From: Octopus vulgaris
Lineage: Eukaryota
DNA length: 64,000 nt
Direction: 5' to 3'
NCBI GenBank assembly: GCA_951406725.2
Contig: OX597815.1
Span: 127,782,001 to 127,846,000, forward strand
This document shows positions 23,225-36,444 of the stretch, piece by piece (within the stretch, counting starts at the first letter, position 1; every line of letters begins with the position of its first letter). A program made the translations under genes and the position numbers. The notes beneath the pieces are model-generated. The model was not told the origin of the DNA. It did no database searches and saw only the letters and a program-made list of their open reading frames with translations.

Positions 23225-26025
23225 GGAAAATATGTCCTGTGTTTGTCATGTGATACATAGGACAGGCAACCTGCAACATAGACTAGTAGTTAGTGACTTC
23301 AGGATCAGGGCTAAATGGATGCCCAGAAGACGACCAGCAAGGAGAAGAAGGGTCTGAAGACTTAAAGATCCTGCAAATGGAAAGAGATTTAGAGACATAT
23401 TACTCAAACCCTTTGACGAAATAGAAGGGGATATAGCTTCACATGGTATAGAAGATTACTGGAGGTTCCTATGGAACAACCTGCTAAGGGTCACCGACCA
23501 GATCTGTGGATGGTGCAAAGTCCCCTCCCGACCCAAAATAACTTGGTGGTGGAACAATGTTGTTGACAGGGCTATTAGACAAAAGAAACAGGCTTGGAAG
23601 GACTGGAAGAATGGTGGTAGCAGAGAATTGTATCAGACTACCCAAAGGGGAGCTAGATGATGGTTCACTTGCACTGAATGAGGATGCAAAGAGAGAGGTT
23701 TGGAGACACCACTATGAAAGGTTGCTGAATAAAGAAAATGAATGGGAGAATGAGAGTCTGCCAAATGTCGACCCAATAGAGGAACCAGCTATCTGAGTTG
23801 ACAGTTCCTAAGGCAATTAGAAGCATGAAGACAGGGAAGGCCCCAGGCCCATCAGGAATTACTGCAGAGATGCTCAAAATATCTGGCAGTGTCGGCTATA
23901 GCCTAGTCACCCATATAGTTAACCAGGTGATACACGAAGGAATCATACCCAATGACTGGTGTAGCAGCATAATAGTCAACTGCTACAAAGGTAAAGGTGA
24001 CGCTTTAGATACAAATAATTACAGAGGTATCAAGCTGTTGGATCAGGTAATGAAGGTTGCAGAGAGGGTTATAGCCCAACTGATTAGGGAGAGAGCCAGC
24101 TTGGATGAGATATAGTTTGGTAGGGAAAAGCACCACTGATGCCATATTTGTGGTAATACAGCTGCAAGAGAAATACCTGGCCAAAGATAAGCCCCTGTAC
24201 CTGGTTTTCGTTGACATGGAGAAAGCCTTTGACAGGGTCCCCCGATCCCTTATCTGGTGGTCAATGAGGAAACTAGGGATAGATGAATGGTTAGTGAGAG
24301 CTGTGCAAGCCATGTACAGGGACGCTGTAAGTAAGGTGAGGGTTGGCAACGAGTACACTGAAGACTTCAGGGTAGAGGTAGGAGTCCACCAAGGCTCAGT
24401 CCTCCGCCCCCTTCTATTCATCATAGTCCTCTAGGCAATAATGGAGGAATTCAAGACAGGATGCCCCTGGGAGTTCCTCTATGCTGATGACCTTGCTCTA
24501 ATTGCTGAGTCACTATCAGAACTAGAGGCAAAGTTTCAAGTGTGGAAACAAGGATTAGAATCGAAAGGCCTTAGGATCAACCTAGCTAAAACCAAAGTCC
24601 TAATATATAGGAAGGCAGGCAAACCACAAATCCATTCAGGTAGATGGCCCTGTTCAATCTGTAGTAGAGGCGTAGGTAGAAACTCTATAAGATGCACCCA
24701 GTGTAAGCTATGGACACATAAGAAGTGCAGTAATATCAAAGGAAGGCTAACGGGGAAGATAGTTTTTGTATGTGGCAGATGCTCAGGAGCAATAAACACT
24801 GGAAATGCGCAGAGACCAACTTCTGCCACATTCCAGGGAGAAAAACTAGAAGTATTGGATAGCTTTCGTTACCTAGGGGACCAAGTCAGTAGTGGAGGTG
24901 GGTGTGCTGAAAGTGTAGCTGCTAGAATAAGAATAGCTTGGGAAAAGTTCAGAGAACTCTTACCTCTGCTGGCGACAAAGGGCTTCTCGCTCAGAGTAAA
25001 AGGTAGACTGTATGACACTTGTGTACGAACAGCCATGCTACATGGCAGTGAAACATGGGCTGTGACTGCTGACGACATGCGTAAGCTTGCAAGGAATGAA
25101 GCCAGTATGATCCGATGGATGTGTAATGTCAGTGTGCATACTCGACAGAGTGTGTACCTTGAGAGAAATGTTGGACCTAAGAATCATCAGATGTGGTGTG
25201 CAAGAGAGACGACTGCGCTGGTATGGTCATGTGGCAAGAATGGATGAGGACAGCTGTGTGAAATAGTGCCACACCCTAGTGGTTGAGGGAACCTGTGGAA
25301 GAGGTAGACCCAGGAAGGCCTGGGATGAAGTGGTGAAGCACAACCTTCGAACTTTAGGCCTCACCAAGGAAATGACTAGTGACCGAGACCTTTGGAAATA
25401 TGCCAAATGAAACCATAATCTCATGGCCTATGCCAGGGGCATAACCAGCCCACTTATGCGTACCTTTTCCTTCTTTGGACACTAAATCTCTGCTTGCGAA
25501 GACCTGTTGAGGCAAGTGAAATCAATCAAAAGCAAAATCAAAATCAAAATCAAACTCGATGACTGGTGTCCGTGATAGCAGGGTGCATAGAGCACCATAC
25601 AAGCGTGATCATTGACAGAGCGGCTAACTGGCTTCCGTGCCAGTGGCACTTAAAGGGCACCATTCGAGCATGATCATTGACAGAGCAGCCGACTGCTTCC
25701 ATGCCAGTGGCACGTAGAAGGGCACCATTCGAGTGTGTTCGTTACCAACATCGCCTTACTGGCACCTGTGCTGGTGACATGTGTAAAAGGATTCGCGCGC
25801 GGTCATTGCCAGTACCACATGAGTGGCCCCCATGCTGGTGGCCCGTAAAAAGCACCCACTACACTCTCGGAGTGGTTGGCATTAGGAAGGGCATCCAGCT
25901 GTAGAAACTCTGCCAAATCAAGATTGGAGCCTGGTGCAGCCATCTGGTTCGCCAGCCCTCAGTCAAAATCGTCCAACCCATGCTAGCATGGAAAGCGGAC
26001 GTTAAACGATGATGATGATGATGAA
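23225..26025 (+). mobile_element. Longest RTE-clade LINE copy (linker, RT with inserted C4HC3 finger, C-terminus, 3' tail); frameshifted
   Basis: WWNNVV, KAPGPSG, NYRGIKLL, FVDMEKAFDRV, GVHQGSVL, YADD, FRYLG and MLHGSETW motifs (ORFs 23798-25247); module array at 25630-25860; (GAT)n end. Confidence 0.93.
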
Positions 26026-27964
26026 GATGTTCCAGTAGGAAGATTTTGAAATCATATACAAGCAGTCATTAGCCCAGGATGTTAACCCCACAGCACAGTC
26101 ACTGTGCTTCTCTAATTGATTAAAGATTATAAACTATTTTGAGTACTATGAATCAAAAACATTAAAACATTAGCCTGTATTTTTGCTAACTGCATTTTTA
26201 TAAGTCATTTCTTAAATTACCAAAAAATAATGTTTTCTGAATTACACTGAGCCAAGATCACAATGTGTACACTGAGTATTTTCGTTCTGCTTTAGTCATT
26301 TTTGAAGGTTTCAGTTTATTGTGCTATTGATTCTGGTACAACTCATAGACATTTAAAGCCTTTTGTTTCGAATATTATTATGACTGATTTTCAACAACCT
26401 TCATTTCAGTTGACATTAAAAAAACAAGTTATGCATGTGACAGATGTAGATGAAAAATATTCAACTACCATGCCTCATTTGATACTTTTCTATTGTGCAA
26501 CTGGTTTGATATTTGGTATAAAGACTGCTTCAACTACTGTCCTCTAGCTAAAATTTGTGGTCTTTCTGATGAATATTGTATGACCTTGTTTGTGTAGTTT
26601 ATTTTCCCTTTTGTGTATGGGTATATTGTTTCTACATGACTGAAAATAGGCTTCAGATTTTATGGCATTAGCAGACAAGAAATAAATTTTTCCTTTGACA
26701 GGACTATAGTATATTGCAGTTAAGATTATCAGATAATCAAACAGATAATCTTGATGTTGAACTGAGATATGTAGAGTCTATTATTTAAAACTTAGTGTCC
26801 AAATAAATAATGAAATGCTCTTTGTTACACTGAACTCAAGATTTATGAATAAATAATCCAGTATCATATCTTTATAGAGACATACACATGTACATGTTTG
26901 TGTGTGTGATGGGGGACTCTTTAGTATTGGTAGATAAATGCTCTGGTACTGGTAGCATAATAAAATGCACCCAACCAATGCTGTAAAATAGATGGCAGTG
27001 GGAAGGCATTTGATCATAAAAACCATGTCAAAAACATAAAAAGAAATGAATATGTGATCTCCACAAGTCACAGTGAAGTCAACCTGCCAAGGTGAGCAGT
27101 AACTTTGAGTAACATCAGATATAGGATAGAGAGAATTCTGTAGTCCTGGCTGAAAATCCCTATAATGCTGGCGGTGCAATAAGAATGCGCCCATTCACTT
27201 CTACAATAAAAATTAGCCCATGGTAGCTTTCCCTTCTGGTACATGTATCGTGGCAAGTGAAGGGTCATGGCAAGTGCTGAAGGGTGAGAGGTTATCATCC
27301 AATCCATGGGAGCATGAAAAAGATGATGATGATGACGATGACAATGATGATGATAAGGGTAAACCCAAATTTTTAAACATCATACTTATCATGTCATGCA
27401 TGAATGACCTTGACTTTAAATCTGATATAGTCACATCAGTTAGTCATTAATCTACACATGCTAGAATGATTGTCTGTTTCTGTGCATTTCACAGTTTGCC
27501 TAAATTGAATAATGAAGGATTGAAAAAGCAATATATCTGTGTGAAGTTCTATTTAAAAATCTCTTACGGAAACTATTTGGATGTTGCAACAGGCTTGTAG
27601 TAAGTTTTGATTTAGCCATATACAATGTCATACATTTATGTATTATGAGCTATCATTTATGGGTGAAGTGGCATTTGAGATACATTATTGATAGAAGACT
27701 TGTTTACATAATTCTCAATGCTTCCATATTTATATTCTGAATGTAAACAAACTTGGTTTCTCACTTATTAGATAAAAGCAACTGATTTGGATGGATTAAA
27801 GTCAGAGAGTTATTCTAGTGAATTGGTATCATGACTGTCTTTCAGGTAGCTTTCTGCCTTGTTAATCTGGTGTATTATGAGACAGTATTTAGTATTTATA
27901 GCTGGGTTGGTATTCAAGACACATCTCATATAGAAGACTTACATATTCCTTGATGTTTCCTCAT

Positions 27965-28003
<39 letters not shown>

Positions 28004-28148
28004 ATATAGATATATATAAAGGTAATAGTGTAGCTGAAGTTAATCATTCTTATCTCTCTTTTCTAGATATTTTCCTATGAAATAAATTTATATCGTGTTT
28101 TTAAAAGATGCAAAATTAACTTGATCTATTAAACAAAAATTTCCTTAC

Positions 28149-28202
28149 CGTTCTTTTGATTTTCCTTTACTTTTATTTTTTGAGGCAAATTACTGGTGGC
28201 AG
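28149..28202 (-). CDS. Cadherin gene coding exon 2 (54 nt, phase 1-1): (A)ATSNLPQKIKVKENQKN(G)
   Basis: tttttttgttatgtcag|CT GCC ACC...AAG AAC G|gtaagg. Encodes the V-x-E-N...G start of a cadherin repeat and joins in frame to both neighbours. Confidence 0.85.
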
Positions 28203-29757
28203 CTGACATAACAAAAAAAATATTCATATTGAAGTATCTGGTATGGCATATGAAGCATTGGTTGAAACAATGAAATAGAAATATAAAGTAGTATAATTCT
28301 TTTATGATCAAATCTATAATAAACTATTTAGCTTGCTGAAAAGTACCATAAACACTAGTAACAAACAGAAAGTTTGATTCAATTTCTATTTGATCAATCT
28401 TTTAAAATTATTTTTAATTTAGATATGTAGAACTTTTTATAGTTTAAGACCAGCAGAAGATAAAAAAAAAATAAAGACTTCAAACTGAAATTAAAACTCA
28501 ATTTGAAATTCAATTCAATAAAAATTCAAATAATGATGTTCAGATTTGGATCTATTTTCAATTCAAATTTGGTTTCTACTTTTTACTTTTTTAATGTAAA
28601 TCTCAAAATTCTAATTTCTAATCCTCAATGGGAACAGTTTTTACAAACGGTAATCAAAATTTTAATTTCTTGGAAAACATTATTATTCTAATTAGAATTA
28701 CAAGATTTAATTCTCAGAGACTAAAATTAAAATAGTACAGATCTGAGAAATAGATGGCTCATTTAGCTGGCTGTACTCATTACACTTATGATTTCTAGCT
28801 ATAGATAGATGCCACCAGATCCGAGACACATTACAAGAAAGAAAAAACCTTTAGTTGTGACCCTCTTATGAGGTCAGTATGTGTTTTTTTTTAAACAATA
28901 AATCATTTAATATGTTGGTATTTTTTATGCTGCTTACTTCAAGTTTCATGTTTAAAAAGAAGAGATAAGGCAAAACAAAGGAAATCTCAGAATCAAATAT
29001 TGGGTTTACAATTAATCAATAACAGAAAATTGTCATTGTTGATTTGCTTTCTTTAGTCAGCTCAGCCTTTTAAAGGATCAGTCAATTAGTTCTCTAGTTG
29101 TAAGAAGCTTGTTTTTATTCTGAGCATGAAGACCTAAGATTATATTTTGCCTCCAATAGTAGGTATGTAAAGGAAAATTTTGCTGCAATATCGACAGTTC
29201 AAATGGTTACATGGATGGTCACTTGCTGGTTTGGCTTTTACTAAATAGAATTTAGCTGACTAATTATTATATTAAACTGAAACAAAATGTTTTTTGTGTA
29301 TCTACCTCTAACCATTTCAGCCTATTTTGCTGGAATTCATAACGGAAGGCTACAGTTGAGAAAGAGATCAGATTAGATAATTAGTGGATGCATTGGTAGA
29401 AGAATAAATTGAGCTAAAATTTTATCATAACAAAGTAAATCTTTTTACTGTGTTATACTAATTTTGAATATGAACACAAAAGTTTAACAGCCATCATCAA
29501 ATCAATATCTTAGAAGTGTCAATAATTAAGAATATTCACTGTCTACCAATATATACAATGTTTAATTTCATGTGAAGATATCAGGCTTGAATAAGTTATA
29601 TGTGGCAAATAAATCCTTTAATAAAGTACAAAGCTATTTTTATGGGTGATGCATTTGACTGATTAAAATGACTAATCAAGTTTTAAAATCCTCTTCCAGT
29701 ATAAAATATACAAGATAATATCATGAGAATCAAGTCATGTCTGATGTTTACGACTAA

Positions 29758-31862
29758 CATTGACGGGTTGACAAATTGAAACTTTTTTTAATCATCAGAG
29801 TTGCTGATTGACTTTTCTGGGTTAATTTTTGATGCTGATTACAAATCTGAAGTCTGATTTCCTCTATCAGGTAACATTTTCATGTTAATGATACCTGCTG
29901 TTTTCACTTGTAAGATACGTAAAGCATGTCTATATAAAGTATATAGAATACAAGATACGATAATTTCATGGCTTTTTATTATACAAAATTAACATTATTG
30001 TGTACAAATAAACTAGAATACACTAAAATGCATAACAAATGGATTTGGAATTTCTATGGTGTTTTGTCTCAGGTTCATGCCAGTATAACATCCAACAGTA
30101 GTCAGCTAACATTCCTGTATTCCAAAATCCTTGATATCGTTGTTCCATCAATGCAATATCTTGATGGAAGCATTCCCCTTGCTCATCTGCAAAAAAGTCC
30201 AGATGTGAATCAAGGAAATGGATTTTTAGTGACATCCAACAGTCCATTGCAGCGTAGGAGTCTAGAAGACATTTCACTCCATTTCTAAATTCTAGAAATC
30301 TCTTGCTGCCTGGGAAATTTTCACAGAGCCATTTGAAGGATTCCCAGGCTTTAAGCTCAATCTTATCCAATGCTGTGAGGAAGTGGTTGTCCTTCAGGAG
30401 TTCTTTTATCTGCTGATCTATGAATACACCCTCCTTCAGTTTTCCCTCGGTGATTTTTGGAAATTTGGGCTTCACATATGCAATACCTTTTGAGCTTTTC
30501 CTGGCAAGTGTTTTCACGAATTGTTTCATGAGACCAAGCTTTATGTGAAGAGGGGGAAGAAAAACATTTTCTGGGTTTAAAAGTGGCTTACTCTGGATGC
30601 TAGAAACTGCTGGTTCATATGATTTTTGCAAAGGCCACTCTGATTGCACATAGTGCTTGTTAGTTGCAGGACTGTCCTATAGGCATGAAAAGCAACAATA
30701 TTTGGTGAACCCAGATTGCATTCCCATCAACATTCCAATCACCTTCAAGTCTCCACATATTTTCCAGCTGTAGTTTGTATACTTTATAGCATTGAGGAGT
30801 ACTTGCATGATTTCATAACACTCCTTCATGTACACTGAATGTCCTATAGAAATGGATGGTTTCTTATTGCCGTTGTGTAGTAGTACTGCTTTGATGCTTC
30901 TCTTAGATGAATCAATGAATAAGCACCATTCAGCTGGAACATGCTCTTGGAACAAACAGTGAAATAACTCATCAGTATTATTACTGAAACAAAGTAGTCC
31001 ATCAACAGAGAAGCATGAAGTCAGACCCCTATTTCTCTTCCTGAAATATGTAATACAAACATCTTTCTTAAGCAGACATTTTTCGTGTAGGCTAATAGTT
31101 CAGCTTTATACTTTAACAATGACAAGTCTCTAACTAAATCATTTAACTCTCCTTGAGAAAATTTCTGTGGTACGTCTTCATTTTCAATCATGAAATCTGC
31201 ACCCACTTCGATGTCTTCGACAGCAGTAATATTTTCTTTGGGAAATACATCTTCATCAGACATCTGAAGGCCATTTTCTGGTGGTATTGGAATAGGAAGA
31301 TCTTCACTGTTGTGTGGTACTGGTCTTCTTGCTGATTCCAATTTGGGATACACAATCTTATGCTTGGTCTTTACAGTAAACCCACATACATTAACATTGC
31401 AGAAATAACAGTCCAAGAAATGATCCTTTGGCTCTCTCCATATCGTAGGTATTGCAAACGGCATTGCTCTCTTCCTCTTATTTAGCCAATCTCTTAGTCC
31501 ATTTGAACAAACTGAGCAGATGATGTGCAGGGCCCAACTCTTATCTTGTTCCCCGAGAGAGCAGCCAAAGTATAACTGGTAGATCTTCTTGATTTCACTT
31601 GTGATGGCACCTTGCTGAGCTTTGCTGGTAAATGAACCAGACATGACAAAATATATCAGGACTGTTCTTGCAAAGCTTTGACATAGTCAGAATTTACTTG
31701 TATAAGACGTTTACATGTAGAGATACTGCTGATGGGAGTTATATACCTCTCTTATCTCATCAGAAAAACTGTGCCTGATAGAAGGAAACTGATTACAGTT
31801 TTGAAATCTGTGGACAAAACTACATATAAAACACCCTGATGAAAATTGGCTGTTGACCAGTG
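29758..31862 (-). mobile_element. Chapaev3-like (CMC) DNA transposon with a near-complete but broken transposase
   Basis: taa|CATTG...CAGTG|taa (3-bp TAA TSD, CAC/GTG-type termini) and imperfect subterminal inverted repeats. Three ORFs carry HIICSVC...WREPKDHFLDCYFC, LFIDSSKRS, CGDLKV and PPLHIKLGLMKQFVK. Confidence 0.8.
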
Positions 31863-32299
31863 TAATTTGTTTCGTAGAGTAAGATAAAAGACATATATCT
31901 CAACACAAGATGCTTGTATATTAAGGCTGCATCCTCAAAGAATCTAATAAGATGGACTGATATGTACAACAGTAAAGTTCATACACTGAAACATAGTAAA
32001 ATGCCTACAGCCAATCTCAATCATAACCTGTAATGTGTATGTATTTATCTATGCAAATGTGTATGTACATGCATGTGTGCACACATGTGTATGTCTGTGT
32101 GTGTATAGGAGACCACCTTTGGTATAGGTTGTCAATTACCTTTCAGGGCAGCCACTGACCCACACCAGGCTCCCAAGCCTCACATATGGCTCCACTAACT
32201 GTCAGCATGTTACAGAGTGTCATCTCCTATATGACAACATTAGTACCCTCAATCAATTTGGCCACATCTTGCCACTGCATAAGGAAGTCACAAGCAAGA

Positions 32300-33740
32300 G
32301 TGTAAGACTAGTCATCCTATGCAACCCTTCATCTCTATAATTCAAGCCTAGAGCAAGGAAAAACTGAAAAATCTTGTGGCAATAGGAAAACAGCAAACCA
32401 GCAAGCAAGAATACACCAAAGACCAGCTACACACCTACACTCAGAAGGTTTAGTCCTTCTCTGTTGAACTGAATCAGCAGTGAAGTACACAAGCCTCTTA
32501 CTTAACTGGACAGCCAATTTCAGGATCTTCTCAAATACAAACTGCTTAATCCAACCCTGGCAGGAAATCCTTGGTTAATAAGGATCCCATTTCAGCAGAT
32601 GAATAACAAAAAAAGCAGAAAAGATTACTAATGTACATGAAATGTATGCACCCTTCTCATCAACACCAAAGTAGACACACCAGAAAGATGAAGTGAACAG
32701 GCTGCAAGAGAATCGTTTTTCTATAAGATGGACATAGTATTTAGCAAAACGCAGCATCCAGATAAGGGCCAGCTAATGTAACTAAGCAGAGGATAAATCT
32801 TCCAGAGTAGTTGGAGTTGTGAGAAGCATTAAAATGCTGGTATCATTTTTACCATCAAGTCACAGTTTGGAAAGAATGGTGTTGCTCTACAAGCAAAGGC
32901 AATTACCTGACAATCTTCATGCTTCCACTGATTATGTGGTGACCCTCAAGCTTCCATTCTCATCAGTGTCTATATTTCAATAGTATCAAACTCAAACAAC
33001 ACAAAAATAGTTTTGCAAAGAACTAAACAGTCTCTTGAATGCTATCCCCATGTTGGAGAAAACTGTCCATTCTGGCAACTTCAACAACATGGTCAAAGCC
33101 AGCTATAAATTCTGAGAGGAGCTATAGACAGGCATGGCATCAGAAGCTACATCAGCAATGGGTTCCTGGTTGGGCTGATGCTCAATCAACCCACCTAACA
33201 AAACATCATTATTGCATGCATGCTCCAAGCACTGGCACTAAATTATGTCATCCTCAGGACATGGAATCAAGAGATGGTGATGACAAGGTTGATGTGCAAT
33301 GCTGGTTTCTGGCAAGACCAATGCTGGAAAGATCATGTCAAGGCAATAGTCTGTTCAAAGGTTCAATGTTTCCAAGCTCAAAGCTCAGACAATCTTGGCC
33401 AATCTCTTCACAAACTTTGACTGTAGAGTGATTCATACCTCACATAAGGAAAAGATAGCATTGAAAATCTATGAGCTTCCTTCAAAGAGCTCACTGACCC
33501 AATCACTTGCAACACCAAAACTGGATTGGTGAAAATGACAAAGAGATCTATAACTATGTGAGACCTGAAGTGATTTTGAAATGCACTGATGGCTATCTAT
33601 AGTCCATAGTCCTTTGAATCACCTCTTCTTCAGCACTAACAGCCAAATATTTCTCACAAAGAACAGCAGATGTTGTAGAGCTAGACACACTATTTTGATA
33701 ATTTGATGAATAGGCCATCTTCAATCTATGAGTAAGTTAG
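32300..33740 (+). mobile_element. Highly degenerate LINE fragment (endonuclease/linker region, probably RTE group)
   Basis: NVYAP-like and ADENRFS-like segments; heavily disrupted. Confidence 0.35.
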
Positions 33741-33744
33741 AAAG

Positions 33745-34550
33745 AAATTTCAGGCCTGGTATGAAAGGGCCATAAAGTTAATTTAGTAAGTACCAAAGTA
33801 CTAGCAATACTTAATAAAAAGAAAAACAGAAAAATTACTAATCCCTTTAGGGAGGTTCTGCTCAATATGTAAAAACGGTGAAGGTAGAAATTCTATATGG
33901 TGCACCCAGTGTTGCTATAGACACATAAGAGGTACAGTGGAATCACAGGAAGGTTAATAGAGAAAATACTCAACACACAGGGAATAATTTTCCTCCAATG
34001 CCTAAGGGGATCCTTAGAGGTAACAGTTTTTGTTACCAAGTGACCAAAATTAGCAGTGGATCAGGATGCTCTGGAAGTGTAATTGCTAGAATAAGAACCA
34101 GCTGGGCAAAGTACAAAGAGCTATTACCTTTTCTTGGTAAGAAAGGGCTTCTTCCTCAGAGTGAAAGGAAGATTGTATGATGCTTGTGCATGAAGAGCTA
34201 TGCAACATGATAGTGAAATGTGGGCTGTGAAGGCTGAGAACAAGCACAGACTAGAAAGAAATGAAGCCAACATGCTCTGCTGGATGTGTAATGTCAATGT
34301 ATATGTACAACAAATGTGTATATGTGTTGACAGAAAAATCAGATATAAAAGGTGTAGGATGTAGTGTGCAAGAGACAAGACTGTGCTGGTCTGGTCATGT
34401 GATGTATATGGATGAAGAGAGATGCATAAATATGATGGTTGATGGCTACTGAACAAGCAAATTATTGTAGATGTTGAGCCTCACAGAGATGATTACAAAG
34501 GAGTGAGACGATAGGCTGTGATTGAGAAGATTTGTCCAGCTAAGTAAAAT
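33745..34550 (+). mobile_element. RTE LINE 3' portion, degenerate
   Basis: Colinear with 24560-25400 (ARIRTSWAKYKELLP; RLCWSGHVM). Confidence 0.8.
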
Positions 34551-34889
34551 TGAGATACTACCCCACCCCTGACAACTCACACCACCATAACAAGCCAAAC
34601 ACTTCCACCCATGTTCACCACTCATTATCTTCCCCTCTTCTCTATCTCCCACTGTCATTTCACTCCCTCACAAACTTACCTGCATGCAATTTGTCCCTCT
34701 GTCTCTGTCAAATCTCTTCTTCATACCATCTTCTAACACTTCCCTCTTTCTACTTGTGTCCACTCACTACAATCTCTCTCCTCTATTTCCCACTCTCCTT
34801 TTGCAGATTAATTTACTTGCCCAACCACTCCCCTTATCCAATATATATATTGATTATTCTTAAAAATGTTAAAATCTTCGTTACTGTAC

Positions 34890-34953
34890 CTTCAACTGTG
34901 CTAAGCATCAACAACAAATTAACGAAAAGGATGGAAAGCATCTTGTACATCAT
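34890..34953 (-). CDS. Cadherin-superfamily gene, first coding exon (signal peptide MMYKMLSILFVNLLLMLSTVE; exon acceptor at 34960)
   Basis: Minus strand: tcttttttttcaaaaatcttgtttcag|TAACAAA ATG ATG TAC AAG...GTT GAA G|gtacag. Basic n-region, hydrophobic core and V-E-A cleavage-like site; CAAAATG start context; the phase-1 end matches the next exon. Confidence 0.8.
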
Positions 34954-35214
34954 TTTGTTACTGAAACAAGATTTTTGAAAAAAAGAGATAAAATATTATT
35001 TCATGTATTTTTCATTTTAAATTTATTTCATTCTTTTTTTTATATTTTAAAATGTCAAGAAATCATGCAACCACATTAAATATATTATAGTATTTAGTAA
35101 AATTAAGGCAAGTTCTTTCTTTTTTCCTTCATTAGAAATATTCATTAAAATGTGATTAACTTTGTTACCTTTAGACAATATTTTCCAGAAATAGCCATCT
35201 CTACACTTCCTTAA

Positions 35215-35430
35215 TTTTGGCACAATGCCAGCAATTTTGGCACAATACCAACAGTTTTGGGAGAGGGAGTAAGTGAATTACATCAACCCCAGTGATCAAC
35301 TGGTACTTATGTTACTGACCCTGAGAGGATGTAAGACAAAGTCAACTTTGGTGGAATCTGAACTCAGAATATAAACATAGACAAAATGCTGCTAACCATT
35401 TTGCCTGACTAATGATTCTAACAGCTTTCT
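35215..35430 (-). mobile_element. Degenerate SINE (family B); its tail plus flank (35175-35258) is duplicated at 35671-35756
   Basis: Homology to 20735-20940; gacaatattttccag...ttttggcacaatgccagcaattttggcacaataccaacagttttg occurs twice. Confidence 0.7.
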
Positions 35431-35825
35431 CGAAGTATTGTTCATATAATACTTCTTCTGCTTACATATTGTAATCATGCTTCTTATTGGTAAGTGGGCT
35501 CAGTAATCAAGGGGTTTGTCTCTGTGCCAATACATAGCACAGACCTAATAATGGAATTGGAATATTGAAGCAGGGACTCTATATATTATCAGAGAAAGTC
35601 TCAATGCATTCCATTAAAGTTTCAAGTTTTACATTATCTGTATTTTGTGTACAATATGTTGTTGCCTTTTGACAATATTTTCCAGGAATAACCATCTCTA
35701 GACTTTCTCAATTTTGGCACAATGCCAGCAATTTTGGCACAATACCAACAGTTTTGTGTACAATGTGTACTCTATAGTACAATATGTACTCTATAGTTCT
35801 ATTTCATATATACTGGTATAAAACT

Positions 35826-36170
35826 TATACAAGGCACATTCCAGAAGTTTTCAGACATTTTCGAGAAAGACATTTATTCATTTCAAAAAAGTACAAAACA
35901 TTGATTTCCTTCAAAGTAGGATCATCTTATTTCAATGTAGCCTCCTTCATCTTTCAAACAACTGTCCCTGATGTTCTCCTTCAACTTGAGGAACAACCAA
36001 AAGTCACAGGAAGCAAGGGCTGGACTCTAAGGAGGGTGAGGAACAGCATTGATGCCCGTCTCTGTCAACTTGTTGATTACCATAATGCTCATCACTGAGC
36101 ATTCTGGGAGGATATTTTGCACAAATTTTGAGCATATTCAGATCTTCATGAATAATTCTGTGTACAGTTG
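35826..36170 (-). mobile_element. Mariner remnant
   Basis: TVHRIIHEDLNMLKICAKYPPRML and PSLESSPCFL (YSPDLAP-region) segments. Confidence 0.55.
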
Positions 36171-36413
36171 ATGCAGATATCAATGTTATGTAAATGGCAC
36201 TTGTGCTGGTGGCACATAAAAGCACCCATTATACTCTCAGAGTGGTTGGCATTAGGAAAGGCATCCAGCCATAGAAATCATGCCAAATCAGACTGGAGTA
36301 TGGGGCAGACTTCCAGCTTGCCAGCCCTGGTCATATCGTCCAACCCAACAGATGTCAAATGATGATGATGATGTCAAATGATGATGATGATGTCAAATGA
36401 TGATGATGATGAT
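36170..36413 (+). mobile_element. RTE 3' tail copy with triplicated gatgtcaaatgatgat end
   Basis: Homology to the other tails in the window. Confidence 0.75.
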
Positions 36414-36444
36414 GAGTTGTCATGCCAATTCCAAACTATATGAT

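Noticed and set aside
11833-34953. Calling the gene a protocadherin or giving it a gene symbol
   Set aside because: Only ~1.3 EC repeats are visible and the exon structure is unlike typical protocadherins; orthology cannot be assigned by eye.
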